Notes under the pieces: model-generated
Told to the model about the DNA's origin: nothing
Seen by the model: only the letters and a program-made list of their open reading frames with translations
Database searches by the model: none
Origin: Eledone cirrhosa
Taxonomy: Eukaryota
Assembly: GCA_964016885.1 (NCBI GenBank)
Contig: OZ024740.1
Span: forward strand, 70,184,001-70,248,000
DNA length: 64,000 bases
Direction: 5' to 3'
Position numbers and translations under genes: made by a program
Shown: positions 12,398 through 25,098 of the stretch, one piece after another
How positions within the stretch are numbered: the first letter of the stretch is position 1
Layout of the letters: each line of letters opens with the position of its first letter

Positions 12398-12605
12398 TCA
12401 GACTTCGAACCTCTTCCTTTTTCTATTGGAACCGGTCCTGTACATGTTTGAGGGTATTTGCCAAGGTTGTTCCACACTAGTCTGTGATGTCATCCTACCA
12501 TCGTCTTTACGGGTCCATTGGCTTTTGCCATTTACGGCTCCGAGCATCACTGTCTTCACTTGCCGATTGTTTCTGTGTCTACTGCAGTGCATCACGAAGA
12601 CTACC
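12398..12605 (-). mobile_element. Decayed RTE-type LINE 3' fragment
   Basis: VKTVMLGAVNGK..(GR)W resembles the RTE C-terminus. Confidence 0.45.
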
Positions 12606-13744
12606 AGCATCTACATTAAAGGTACGCGTATTAGTGGAGTATTAGACAAATTCACAAGATGGCCGTTCAGTTTATTGTACAACTAAAGACTCATCATCGA
12701 AACCGACGAAGAATCCATCATCCTTGTTGTCAAGCTACTAAAGAACATGTACCACAAATGAAAGCTTCCAGCTTTTTGACATTGAATATCTTACTGTATT
12801 GTGTTGCAGTTGATATTCGCCAGCAGATAAGGAGTAACAAAAATCGATTGGAATTGTAACAGCCAAAATGAATTACATCACTTCTACATAATAACGATAG
12901 ACTACAGGAAAACAGACATTTGGATATTATTTTTAAATGCAAAGTGTTTATTGAATTCACGAATCACCAGCTGCGACTTTTTGATGACTATGCAAAACTT
13001 CCGTCAATGCGACGCTCAAAAGCTTTGTAGTAATAACAGATTGCAAGAACATAGGATTATGAACGGCTAGTTTCCATTAAATCTGTAAATCTCAGCATGA
13101 AAATAATCGATTAACCCCTTGGTTACTATATTTCTCACTGAAAGACATTGCTTATAATTCTCGGTTAATATTGAAATTATTCAACAATAACTTTTCATTT
13201 TAAAGGTAATGATTGAAATATAAAATGTTCTTACATCCAATTATGATGGAAAGTTAATATATAAATATAAACACTTTAAACAAATGGTTTGTATAACAGA
13301 ACCATGGTATTTGAGGCGTTCTCTGTGGGCTTAAACCTGTAAATAATCGTAGCTGGAATTTACAAAAGGAATCTTAAATCACATGGTGAGGAGATATGAT
13401 GGTCAGTAAATGGAAAAGGAAGCTCAATTTCTGCAGGAAAGATCTCGTTAATCTCTTCGAAAACATATTTTGTTGAAATATAGGACAGTTGCTCAGATAA
13501 AACGTAGATTTAAGAAACAAGTGACACTCATAATAAACAATTAATTGAACGCTACGTGTAATGTAAAATCAACGTCAGGTGAGTGCATTTGTTTACTTCA
13601 AGATCACTCCAAAACACACGATCTGCTGACTGATGAGCAGATATGGGACTCTGGAGACTTGTCGAACAGTGGACGTCCTGCTCGGTCTCGCAACCACTGA
13701 TGTGGGGTGTTGCGAAAAGCCGATAACAACCGCTGAAATACGGG

Positions 13745-14190
13745 TGAAAATAACTAGCTAGACGATGTGTAAATCGTCTGGTTTGGATGGTGTAACCTAC
13801 ATACTTTACGTACACATGCCAGACTTGTTCACCGACTACTTGGCAGACGTCTATTGCAGCTCTATGAGCCGAGGAGCAGTGACGCTGCTGAGAAAGGGCC
13901 CGAACGAAGGGGACAAGATAGATAAGTTCAGGCCTATAACTCTGTTAAACGCAGAGTTCAAAATTTTGGCCAAAGTTTTAGTGACGAGGTTGGCGCTTCT
14001 AGTCGGGAATCATGTGGGAGAGGCGCAGCCATGCGCTATTCCAGACAGATCCATCCACGACAACCTCCACCTCCAGCAATACATCATGGAGAGAGTGGCT
14101 AAGGAATCTGGCACGGATGGGACATTGACAATTTAGATCAGTCGAAAGCTTTCGATATAGTCGACCATTGGTATCTGATGGTGGTCCTGA
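13745..14190 (+). mobile_element. L1/Tx1-clade reverse transcriptase relic
   Basis: KSSGLDG, VTLLRKG, FRPITLLNAEFKILAKVL and RSIHDNL, then frameshifted LDQSKAFDIVDH. Confidence 0.85.
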
Positions 14191-14204
14191 GGCATTGAAC
14201 CTCA

Positions 14205-14601
14205 GCTTAGTGGCATAGAGTTACGGCTCTTTACGTTCTGAGTTCAAATCTCGCCGAGATTAGCTTTCCCTTTCATCCTTACGGGGTCGATAAAATAAAG
14301 TACCAGTTATGAACTGGGGTCGATTTAGTCGACTTTCCCCTTCCCGAAAAGTTGTTGGCCTTGTGTCTAAATGAGAAATCAAGGGCGGTGGATTGGCAGA
14401 ATCGGTAGAGCCTCGGACAAAATGCTTTGTAGTATTTAGTTATAGTCATTTACATTCTGAGTTCACATCCTGCCGAAGTTAGTTTTGCCTTTCATCGTTA
14501 CGGAATCGATAAAATAAAGTGCCAGTAACGCACTAGGGTCGATTCAGTCGGCTTTCCCCTTTCCTTTAAATTGCTGGGCTTGTGCCAAATATAGAAACAA
14601 T
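14205..14601 (+). mobile_element. Two tandem family A SINEs (14205-14380 and 14383-14601)
   Basis: B boxes GAGTTCAAATC and GAGTTCACATC, shared core and shared 3' end. Confidence 0.85.
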
Positions 14602-15072
14602 AATAATTATTATTATTAGAATGCTAGATTCAGCCATAAATTTCCGTACAACTGTCAGTTATTCTATTTTCATCCTATGAATGTCGACATAAAAATATAT
14701 AGGAAAGTATTTGAAATAATTATTTGAAATAAACTTTCTGATCCGCGTAGAATCAATGAGGATTAATATCATTGCCAGATGATCTGAAGATATTGACAGT
14801 TATAATGAAATCGATGATTTATCTAGTATTATTGTGGCTGTTACAGCGTCTCCCACGCTTTCTTCCAGGGCAACGTCTTCTCTATTCTGTCCGTCGTTTA
14901 CATTCTTTGTTTATTTCTATGTTCAAAGTATTACTTATAACCCGATATGTAAATTTACACAACTAATAATCAATCATTGGATGTCAAGCCATAAATCTAA
15001 TATTTGAATATAGACTTTATACATTTTATTGAGTTTCTATCATCTAAAATTATATGCAACACTCATATACTC

Positions 15073-15175
<103 letters not shown>

Positions 15176-15204
15176 TGTGTGTTTGTTTGAATGTATGAGT
15201 GTAT

Positions 15205-15500
15205 GTGTGTAGGTGTTCGGCTCACTATTGTAAGAACGCCAGTTCGATTCTCAGCAATGCCTTGTGTACTTTAGCAATACATTTTATTTCATATTGATCT
15301 AGTCTACTCAGATGGGAAAAATGTGTTAAATCTGTAATTGAAAGCTCCTATCTTTTTACATACTGTGTTCTGCTGAATCTTCATATGAATTACGTTAAGT
15401 ATACCAGTGTCTTTAGAATACTCAGGTACTTTCACTTTATGTCCTTTAGCAGGCTACTCCGTTGTTCGAACAGCTGGATCACTCGTCATCGAAATCGACA
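15205..15500 (+). mobile_element. Old family B SINE
   Basis: B box GTTCGATTCT and body similarity to 6478-6780. Confidence 0.5.
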
Positions 15501-18500
15501 GAGGTCCAACAACATTTGTATATTTGTAGGTATATATGTATACATGTGTGTATATGCGTGTGTGAGAGAGAGTGAGAGAAAGAGAGAAAGAGAGAGAATG
15601 AGAATATATGTATATATATGTGTGTGTGTGTGTAACAGAGAGAGGGGTGGGGGAGAAAGAGAGAAAATATATATATATCGATGTATATGTATACGTAACT
15701 ATATATACATACGTGTGTTATCAAAGGACAAACAACCTATATCATGACACACTATAACGCTAAATGTTGCTACAGATAACCAGCAATTTTGCAGCAAAGC
15801 CATAATTACACGTTATATAGAAGCGAAGCAAACTATTTCCGTATTTTGTTACTAACTAGTTTATACCAGTCTGCAACATGTTACCAGGCATAATTTAACA
15901 TTCACGATTACAGAATGATCACCACCCTACCCACATATACACAAACTTTCCCACAGTTTTTGTTTTTGTCACTTTTCTGTTGTTTTTGTTGTTTTTCTTT
16001 CATTTATCTTTTTCCCCATTTCTCTATAAATTAGCTATCGTTCCACAACGGTAGTAATTATTATTATTTCGTGGCAAACTACCTATTACTTTCTTTATTC
16101 GGAACAATGAATTCCATTTAGCTACCAACAAACCGACATTTCTCAACATTTTAACGACCATTTTTATGAAACAATGGCGATTTTGTTCTTGTCGCACAAT
16201 AATATCAATAGATCTAATTAGATTTTTTACTCATTTTTTCGTTTATTTTTCTGTTTTTTATACTTTTTTCTTTCATTCGTATTTTTTTTTTTTTTTTTCG
16301 TTTTCTTGTTTGGTTTAGTTTCTCTAAGGTTTGGTCATTGAGATAGATTTTCGCTCAACGAAAGTAATATTTATTCATTATGTTTCTTCGTTACAACAAT
16401 TTTATAAGATTTGCATTAATTAATCTATTAAATAGGTACGAATACATGATGGATACAAATGAATCTGTGATATTCATGCATTTTCCCAAAGGTATTAACG
16501 AGGCATCAGCGGTAAATTAGCAAAGTCGGATTAAACGCCTCAGTGTTTTTTTCGGCTTTCTGAGCTCAGAATTGAAATCATGATGAGGTAAATATTGCCT
16601 TTTCGCTTTTCAGGGTCGACAAATAATGTGCCAGGGCATGGGTGGTGAATTAGAAAAATTGTTAAGGAGCTGGGCAAGAACATTTACGGTACAGGTGCCA
16701 GGTATGTGCGTTCTGCTTTAAAAGCATCACTGCTCCGGCCTTCTGGCACTAAAAAAGCAGTGATGCTTCTATCACAAGACGCGACCGACAAATAGTATTA
16801 GCAGTGGAAAAACCAATGGAAACAGTTTCCTTGAGATGATCGTCAGATCGGCCCCTATCCTTTTATAACCATGCACTCATTTGCTGGAGATGGAGTGGTT
16901 GTTGTTGTTATGTAGACCCAATTCGTCCTTGATTGAGCAGAATCTATGATAAAAATAATTCTAGCTGTGTTCATCCATTTTTTTACCTGTGTACAGATAG
17001 CCAACATCACCATTATCCAATAGGTTCTTGTCTAAAACGGTGGGTAATGATGTGAGATAGACTTGGCTGCTGTTTCTTGTACATCGAGTGGCTACGTTGG
17101 ATCGATGTTCTGTATATTATGTAGCAGAATGGCGAAATGGTTATGAAATATGCTTTGCAATCATAAGTGTTCTGATATGATTACACTACGTAGCAAACAT
17201 CTCTACTATAGCCTTAGATTGACCAAAATCATAATGAATTAGATTTCTTTGTCGGATACAGTTTTAAAGCTTGTCACATGGGCTGTGAATGTAATTCAAA
17301 GGTTCAGCGTCATCACAGGCTAGGCTATGCTGTTTATCATCAAGAATAATGTCAAGGGCGCGTACATATGTCTATAAAATACTCAGGTCCTCACACGTTA
17401 ATATAACGAGTTAGCCTATTTCATCGATTGAACAATTGAAACATTTATCGTCGAAACCGGTGGAGGTTCATATAATCTTATTTACGATTTAGAAAACAAG
17501 TCATAAGGAAACTAATCACACTAGGATATAGATTTATAGAAGAACGATATAAAGGGCCATTAAGTGAATCTTGGGCTTTTGCCTGACCTGCTAGAAGTAG
17601 GAGGCAGAAATTCCGATTAAATGAAACACTGGATTCTTGAATAAAGAACACATTAGTCAATCCACTCGTAGATGACACGGGGTAGTCACGATTGGAATTC
17701 TTCTAATCATAGTCATTGGGCTTTATCAGGGCTGGTATGGGGTTAGACAACAGCAACAGCAACAACAACGGCCGCAGCAGGTCTATAGTCTATTCAGTCG
17801 ACTTCAAATGACTGATACTTTATTTTGAAGAGAAAAAACAGAAGAATAGGAAGAAAAAGGAAAAGGAAAAGGAAAATGATAAAGAAGAAAGAAGAGAATC
17901 AGTTGCAATAGAAAAAGAACGTTGAAGTAGAAGATAAATAGGAAGAAGTAAGTGTTGAATGAAGAGAAGAAGATTAAGAAGATGAAAAAGATGAAGAAAA
18001 AGTAGAAAAGGAGATAAAGGAGAGTGCGTAGAAGAGAAGAAGGTAACAGAAGAGAAATAGAAAGGTGAAGGAGAAGCAGGAAGAGGAGGGAAAGAAGAAG
18101 TTCTTAGTTTTCTCGTTTCTCGACCACCACCACATCACCCCACTCCCGCCACCAGTCTCTTTGCTCCAGCTAAATATTTTGGGTGCTGCCCTTCCTCCTC
18201 CATACCACCTCAAACTAATCCCTTAGAAAAACATTACGTATGTAGTGTGGCATACAATTGATAAATATATAAATTATAGTCAGGCTATTTACTGCTCAAT
18301 GGACATTTGTGGCGATTTCAGCAGTAAAAATTGGCCTCTTTCTTATGTTTTTCTTCATACACTTTAAATAACCCATCATCTTTCAGAGTATTAGTAGCCT
18401 ATAATTTAGGTTAAGATAACAAACATACATTAAATATACGTATATATGTAAGCTTACATACATATACACATACGTGAACACACGTTTATGTGTGTATATT

Positions 18501-18530
18501 TGTATGTTTGTAAGCACGCAGTCACACACT

Positions 18531-19055
<525 letters not shown>

Positions 19056-19061
19056 AGCCTT

Positions 19062-19833
19062 ATTAGAGGAGAGGTTTGCCGTAAGCCCGAAGCTTGCACC
19101 CTTCAACAGCAATGCAACACACCAGCTGTAATTTATGAAGCTGTGGTTACTTCCAACCGACCAAACCAACCACAGGAGGTCAAATCCTATGTGGGCATGG
19201 CGGAGGGCCGATTTAAGGAACGTTTCCTGAACCATCAGTCGACCTTTAGTTACCCGGACAGACGTTCATCCACGAAACTCGCGTGCCACGTATGGTCCCT
19301 CAAGGACTCACGTATAGACTACTCCATTCAATGGAAAGCCATCACTAAGTCCAAGCCATACGCAAGGGGAAATCCGTCGTGTTGACTGTGTATTGACGAA
19401 CGAATAAATATTCTAAAGAGATTATGCAATAGTGATTGCCTAAACACGAGAAGTGAATTTTTCACACGTTGTCCACACGTCTCGAAACACCTATTGCATA
19501 ACTACAAAGCTCCGGATTGAATGAATTATTGTAACAATATCAATATTTTTTCTTATCAACTAAAAACTTTTCGGACTTTCGCAGTCATCTCCCTTACACC
19601 TCTCGCACGCATTTTAGTATTGCCTGTTTGAAGTGGCGGGTTTCGGTGCATGCGCGTTCGTACAGTTGTTCCTTCCTGTTCCGTATAACCATGCCCATTA
19701 CGAGCTGAGGATCTGTTAAGGTGAAGCAATTGTTCTCGGTATGGTGAACTAACTGTTATGTAACCACTTCTACCTAACTCGTCCCATGGACTGGCTGCTC
19801 TACCACTACGGATATTACCTTCCAGTGTTATAC

Positions 19834-19838
<5 letters not shown>
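19062..19838 (+). mobile_element. Penelope-like element 3' remnant: GIY-YIG endonuclease (premature stop at 19383-19385) plus 3' pLTR-like region
   Basis: CRKPEAC..C..VIYEAVV...SYVGMAEGRFKERFLNH...STKLACHVWSLK..C*LC..E..LNTRSEFFTRCPH; ORF ends at 19520. Bounded by (TA)n. Confidence 0.85.
19688..19745 (+). ncRNA. Variant type-I hammerhead in the Penelope 3' region
   Basis: CGAG-CUGAGGA-(11 nt)-GAAG-CAAUUG-UU-CUCG, with stem I extended by ACCAUGC/GUAUGGU. GAAA is mutated to GAAG. Confidence 0.55.
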
Positions 19839-19892
<54 letters not shown>

Positions 19893-19901
<9 letters not shown>

Positions 19902-21068
19902 AAGTTTGTCCTCATCAGTGGCCATCCAACCGTCGTAGGCATTTCGTCGCATTAAAGGCCGTATACCTCAGGTTGGTGCGAGCAACGGCTAAAAAAAGTC
20001 GTTGGGACACGTAAATAAAGGGGACGCTAGGGTAAACAAACAAAATGGTTTAAGCAGCAGAAAGGAGGAAGAAGGAAACAAGTCCCAGATTTCTATGAAT
20101 ATAAATTCGGTGGAATCGTGAACGAGAGAATAAAGACCATCAAACGTGGTTGAAATGTGAGCAAGGAAGGAATTTCGCACAGGTCTAACGGGAGGAAGAA
20201 GGGGTCTGGTCTGCGAATTCGGTAAACATAAGTTCTGTGAAGTCGCAGACGAGAGAGAGAGAGAAAAAAATTCATACCGGCTTGGCCAAGTGCCCGCGAG
20301 AAATGGATTGTGGACAGGTCAAACGGGAAGAAAGAGGAGGAGGAGAGGTAGTTACAGAGAGTGAGTGAGTGAAAGGTGAGGAAGAGGCTAACAGGGAGAG
20401 ACTGCTAGAAAGGGTAAAGACACAAAGAACGAAACAGACTGGTGGCAGCGGAGGAAAAAATATATGTGTAAATATGATAATAATGGAGCTGCGGCGCTGC
20501 AAATGGGTTACATATGAAAAAGTTTGTCCTCATCAGTGGCCATCCAACCGTCGTAAGGCATTTCGTCGCATTAAAGGCCATATACCTCAGGTTGGTGCGA
20601 GCAACGGCTAAAAAAAAGTCGTTGGGACACGTAAATGAAGGGGACGCTAGGGTAAACAAACAAAATGGTTTAAGCAGCAGAAAGGAGGAAGAAGGAAACA
20701 AGTCCCAGATTTCTATGAATATAAATTCGGTGGAATCGTGATCGAGAGAATAAAGACCGTCAAACCTGGTTGAAATGTGAGCAAGGAAGGAATTTCGCAC
20801 ATGTCTAACGGGAGGAAGACGGGGTCTGGTCTGCGAATTCGGTAAACATAAGTTCTGTGAAGTCGCAGACGAGAGAGAGAAAAAAAAAAAAAAAAAAAAA
20901 CGTGTCCCAACGACTTTTTTTTAGCCGTTGCTCGCAGCAACCTGAGGTATACGGCCTTTAATGCGACGAAATGCCTACGACGGTTGGATGGCCACTGATG
21001 AGGACAAACTTTTTCATATGTATCCCATTTGCAGCGCCGCAGCTCCATTATTATCATATTTACATATA
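19893..21068. mobile_element. Direct tandem repeat (period 618 bp) plus an inverted partial copy, PLE-like architecture
   Basis: 19896-20270 is repeated at 20514-20890. 20901-21066 is the reverse complement of about 20463-20631. Flanked by (TA)n. Confidence 0.7.
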
Positions 21069-21122
21069 TATATATACAGTTCCTGTACACAGCTAAGTAT
21101 TCTATAAGTCTCTAGCTGTGTC

Positions 21123-21211
21123 ATTCTCGATAAAAGCACTGGATATGTAGTCCTGATGATTTCTAACAAGAATGAAACGCGTAGATTACTTCCCTTGCTT
21201 TTATCGAGAAT
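21123..21211 (+). ncRNA. Type-I hammerhead ribozyme, copy 1
   Basis: GUAGUC-CUGAUGA-U-UUCU-AACA-AGAA-U-GAAA-CGCG-UA-GAUUAC, enclosed by a perfect 16-bp stem ATTCTCGATAAAAGCA/TGCTTTTATCGAGAAT. Confidence 0.8.
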
Positions 21212-21432
21212 CTAATTGTAATACGTGACGTATTCTATTCTATAGCGATTAGGTCTTCAAAATGTTTATTATAAACATACAGAATATTTTCGAATATTCT
21301 ATGTCTATATTCACATATATATCGCTATTTCAGAGCATTTATTCCAATTTCTAATTTCTGCCGGACCGGCAACCGCTCTTTCAAACCAGTTCCTGTACAC
21401 AGCTAAGTATTCTATAAGTCTCTAGCTGTGTC

Positions 21433-21521
21433 ATTCTCGATAAAAGCACTGGATATGTAGTCCTGATGATTTCTAACAAGAATGAAACGCGTAGATTACT
21501 TCCCTTGCTTTTATCGAGAAT
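21433..21521 (+). ncRNA. Type-I hammerhead ribozyme, copy 2
   Basis: Same sequence as 21123-21211, shifted by 310 bp. Confidence 0.8.
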
Positions 21522-21621
21522 CTAATTGTAATACGTGACGTATTCTATTCTATAGCGATTAGGTCTTCAAAATGTTTATTATAAACATACAGAATATTTT
21601 CGAATATTCTATGTCTATATT

Positions 21622-21664
<43 letters not shown>

Positions 21665-23069
21665 ATGTGTGTGGATATTATATTATACTATATTAGTATG
21701 TAATTGAATGTGATTTGTGGGTAGCTCTTTATACATATGTGTGTGAACGTGTGTGCGTATGTTTTCGGGGGTGTATCGTATTAGACAGTGACTGTGGCAT
21801 GCTATCAGTTTACTTTTGTAAACTGTCCAACGTAATAAATTGTTCTTTTCATTATTATTGCTGGCCAAGACACGTAATTTACACACACATATACCCCCCC
21901 CCCACATACACACATGTATATATACCTATATGCATATATATGTGTGTGTGTGTATGTATTTATATATATATATATATATATACTCACATATAAACATACA
22001 CACGCACACGTATACATATATATACAGTATATGTGTGTGAGTAATTATACATACATACACACATAAGACAAGTTACTACATAGTAAAGTGACCTATTTCA
22101 GGGTATTACAACCTGAAATAGCTTTATCTGATCACGATTTTTGGCAAAGATAGTAAACCTGTTACTGGCATGTTTTCTTAATCGTTTTCATATATTCAGA
22201 AAAACCAGCTTATGTATTACAGATGTATAAGAATAAGGTGTTTTTCAGCCCCAGGTCAGCCTCGATTCCCGTGTTTGCATATAATGAAATGATTCCCAAT
22301 TGGGGCCTACTAGTCTCGCTGGTTCTGCTGCTGTTTTGGTTGAAGCTGTTGCTTAGCCCCATGTATCATAGATTCATATAAGGAGGGGAAGGGAGTGCCT
22401 ATGAACCGTTTCAGACCATCCGTGTTTTGATAAGATTAGAATCTGAAATACCCTTATCTGATAGTTGTGTTTGACGAGTATACTCAGCTAAACTGGCACT
22501 GACGTGTTCTCTTTAACATTTTCACCTTTTCAGAGAACCTAGGAATAGTTTTAGTTGATGGGTGTTGTAGAAGAGTTAGTGCTATGGTTAAGTAATGCAA
22601 TACTCCAGAATTGATGTAATTCTGTTATTACATAGCCAGGTACACCAATACTATTTGGTCGAAATGTGAATCAATAACCAACATACCAGAGGTGTAAGTT
22701 GCACATTAGTTGATCAAATATATTTTCTTATAACCAAACATTAATCTGGCCATTTAATTCCGTTGTACAACTGACTACTACCATATCGCATATTTTGCCC
22801 TATTCAATAAAACAGTAACAAAATAGCTGTGTTTGAAACGGGTTGTTAGTTTAACGCTTGGCATAGTTGTAAGGAGTCTTTACGTTTCGAAAGTTAGACC
22901 GTTATCGGAAGATAGAATAACTGATAGAATGAGATAGTGAAGGAAAACCGAGAATAAGAAAAAGAAGCAACGGTAAACAGTTTATGGGAGGTAAATGTTT
23001 TACAGTAGGAAAGCATGTTTTTTTCAGGCAGCCATGTTGGGGAAGCGGTGGTACGTATGTATATGTATA

Positions 23070-23226
23070 GGCGGCGAATTGGCAGAGTCGTTAAGAAGTC
23101 GGATAGAATGCTTTATGGTATTCGTCCCACCTCATTACACTCTCTGAGTTAAAATCCCGCCGTGGTCAACTTTGCCTTTCCTTCTTTCGAGGTTGATAAA
23201 AACGTATCAGTCCAGTACTGGGGTCC
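23070..23226 (+). mobile_element. Family A-related SINE
   Basis: A box TGGCAGAGTCG, degenerate B box, and core AACTTTGCCTTTC..CTTTCGAGGTTGATAAAA. Confidence 0.7.
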
Positions 23227-24370
23227 ATTCTTCCTCTATAGAAAAAATCGGCTGTGTTCGGACCTGGCTATCGTCAGCAACGTATACCTTCCTGCCAGAT
23301 GATTGAACGTCTGAAAGTATATACTTTCCTTATGCATATTAAGGGCTGAGTAGCCTAATTTGCTTATCGAGTGAGTTAATCGAGTGAGTTAACAACAAAT
23401 GTTATATTGGTCAAATCTCCATTTGACGATGTAAATTGGAGAAATTGGGTCAACCGCAACCCTATACACGCAAGTAAATTCAGTTCAATGTTCTGCTATA
23501 CGTATATCGATTGAATTGTAAATAATGTATGTTTTAGTATATACACATCCATATCGCCTAAAAAAAGTGAAGAGCAAGTAGTCCGCTCATATCGAACTCT
23601 GTATGTGCCGTTGTCCCATTGAGAATCTGATTCCCCAAATCTGTGCGTGCAAGCAACCGCCATGTAGGCCACCAAGGGGCTCTGTGTAGGGTTGGGTATT
23701 AGAGTTAAGGTGTCACTATGTGCGTTTTCCCGTCATATGGGCCCTTCGGCTTTTAAGATAGGTGTTTGAGTGGTGGAAGTGTGTTACCCAACACAGAAAT
23801 AAAATAAAATAAAAGAAAATAAAAAGAAAATAAAACAGAATAGCAAAACCCCGAGGATGTGTGTAAGCCCATTAATGGTGTGTAAGTAATATTGTCCAAT
23901 CAGTAACCGTGAGCACTCCATGGTTAGATGAACACGGATCAAAACCTAGTGTAGTGTTCAATTGATAGGATCATGACCAGTCATAACTGTGGGAACTTCG
24001 TGTCTAAAGAAACCGGGTACTGTGTGTAGAGTCATGTATAAAGAGCGTAATCGGTCTTAACTGAGTGTGTAATAGGTTTAACTATTTACTAACCGAGAGA
24101 ACTCAATGGTTAGGGTATTTTAAAATAATGGTGAAAGCGCGTAATCGGTCTTAACTGAGTGTGTAATCATTCTAACTATTTACTAACTAGATATTCTAAA
24201 GTAGTGGTCAATGTGCACTCAGCCGTGAGAACTCTGTGGAAACAAACCGAGTACAGTGTGTAAGTGCGCAAACGATCTAATCTGTCTACTACCTGAGTGT
24301 GTGATTGTCTGTTATTTGCTAATTGAGAGAACTCTATGGCTAAGGTAAAAAGAGGCGAGTTAGTGGTAGG

Positions 24371-25015
24371 TTACTTTCCAAAAATCCTGCGGAAGGTTTT
24401 CGAGGTTCTATGTTGGCAGTTGTTGAAAAACTCCGCTCTCCTATTGATTAATAGAGGGCCGCCTCTAATAATATTAAAGGTTTCAGCTATACATAAATTA
24501 CAGACGCTCGTGCTGCCGTTATAAGGCTGGGCTGAGCAAATTATGGACCAGGATAAGGAGTGCTCTATATTCTGTTGTTTAAGCTTCCAGACTAATTCAG
24601 AAAGCGCCGTGCTATTTTTTTTATCTAATCTATTAAAGGTATGGCGGTGATTATACCATCTATCCTTAAATTCAATGGAAGTTGCCCCAACATACCTGAA
24701 GTTTCTATCTAAAGTGGAGACCTTACAGTCGTAGACTATGTTTTTGGTGAGGCATTTCCCAGCCATGGGGCAAGTGGCGGTGTTCCTGCAATTACATTTT
24801 CTGTTATCGTGATTATTCGTGATTATTCGTGATTATTCGTGATTAAAATGATTGGAAATTTATACCATGCCTTCGGATCTTTATTTTGATACAAATACTC
24901 CGTTTTGCATCATCTAGCTTTTCCCATAAATGGAATTGGAGATGTACAAAAGAGTGGAGAACTTAATATTGCTAACAAAAGTTAATTTGACCGTATGACA
25001 CAACCAATAATACAC
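24371..25015 (-). mobile_element. Penelope-like element GIY-YIG endonuclease remnant
   Basis: KCNCRNTATCPMAGKCLTKNIVYDCKV...YVGATSIEFKDRWYNH..STALSELVWKLK..CNLCIAE..LLINRRAEFFNNCQH. The upstream part is degraded. Confidence 0.85.
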
Positions 25016-25028
25016 CTTACTATATAAC

Positions 25029-25083
<55 letters not shown>

Positions 25084-25098
25084 TATTATATATATATC

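Larger units (their letters stand above)
21077..21632 (+). mobile_element. 310-bp tandem repeat carrying two hammerheads (retrozyme or pLTR-like)
   Basis: About 246 bp, apparently identical, starting at 21077 and at 21387. Flanked by (TA)n. Confidence 0.85.

Noticed and set aside
12640-13000. Possible Penelope RT relic (LFDIEYL)
   Set aside because: A single short motif among many stops is insufficient evidence.
22877-22913. Hammerhead on the minus strand (UCUU-CCGAUAA...GAAA-CG-UA-AAGA)
   Set aside because: Two core substitutions and no convincing stem II. A possible relic only.
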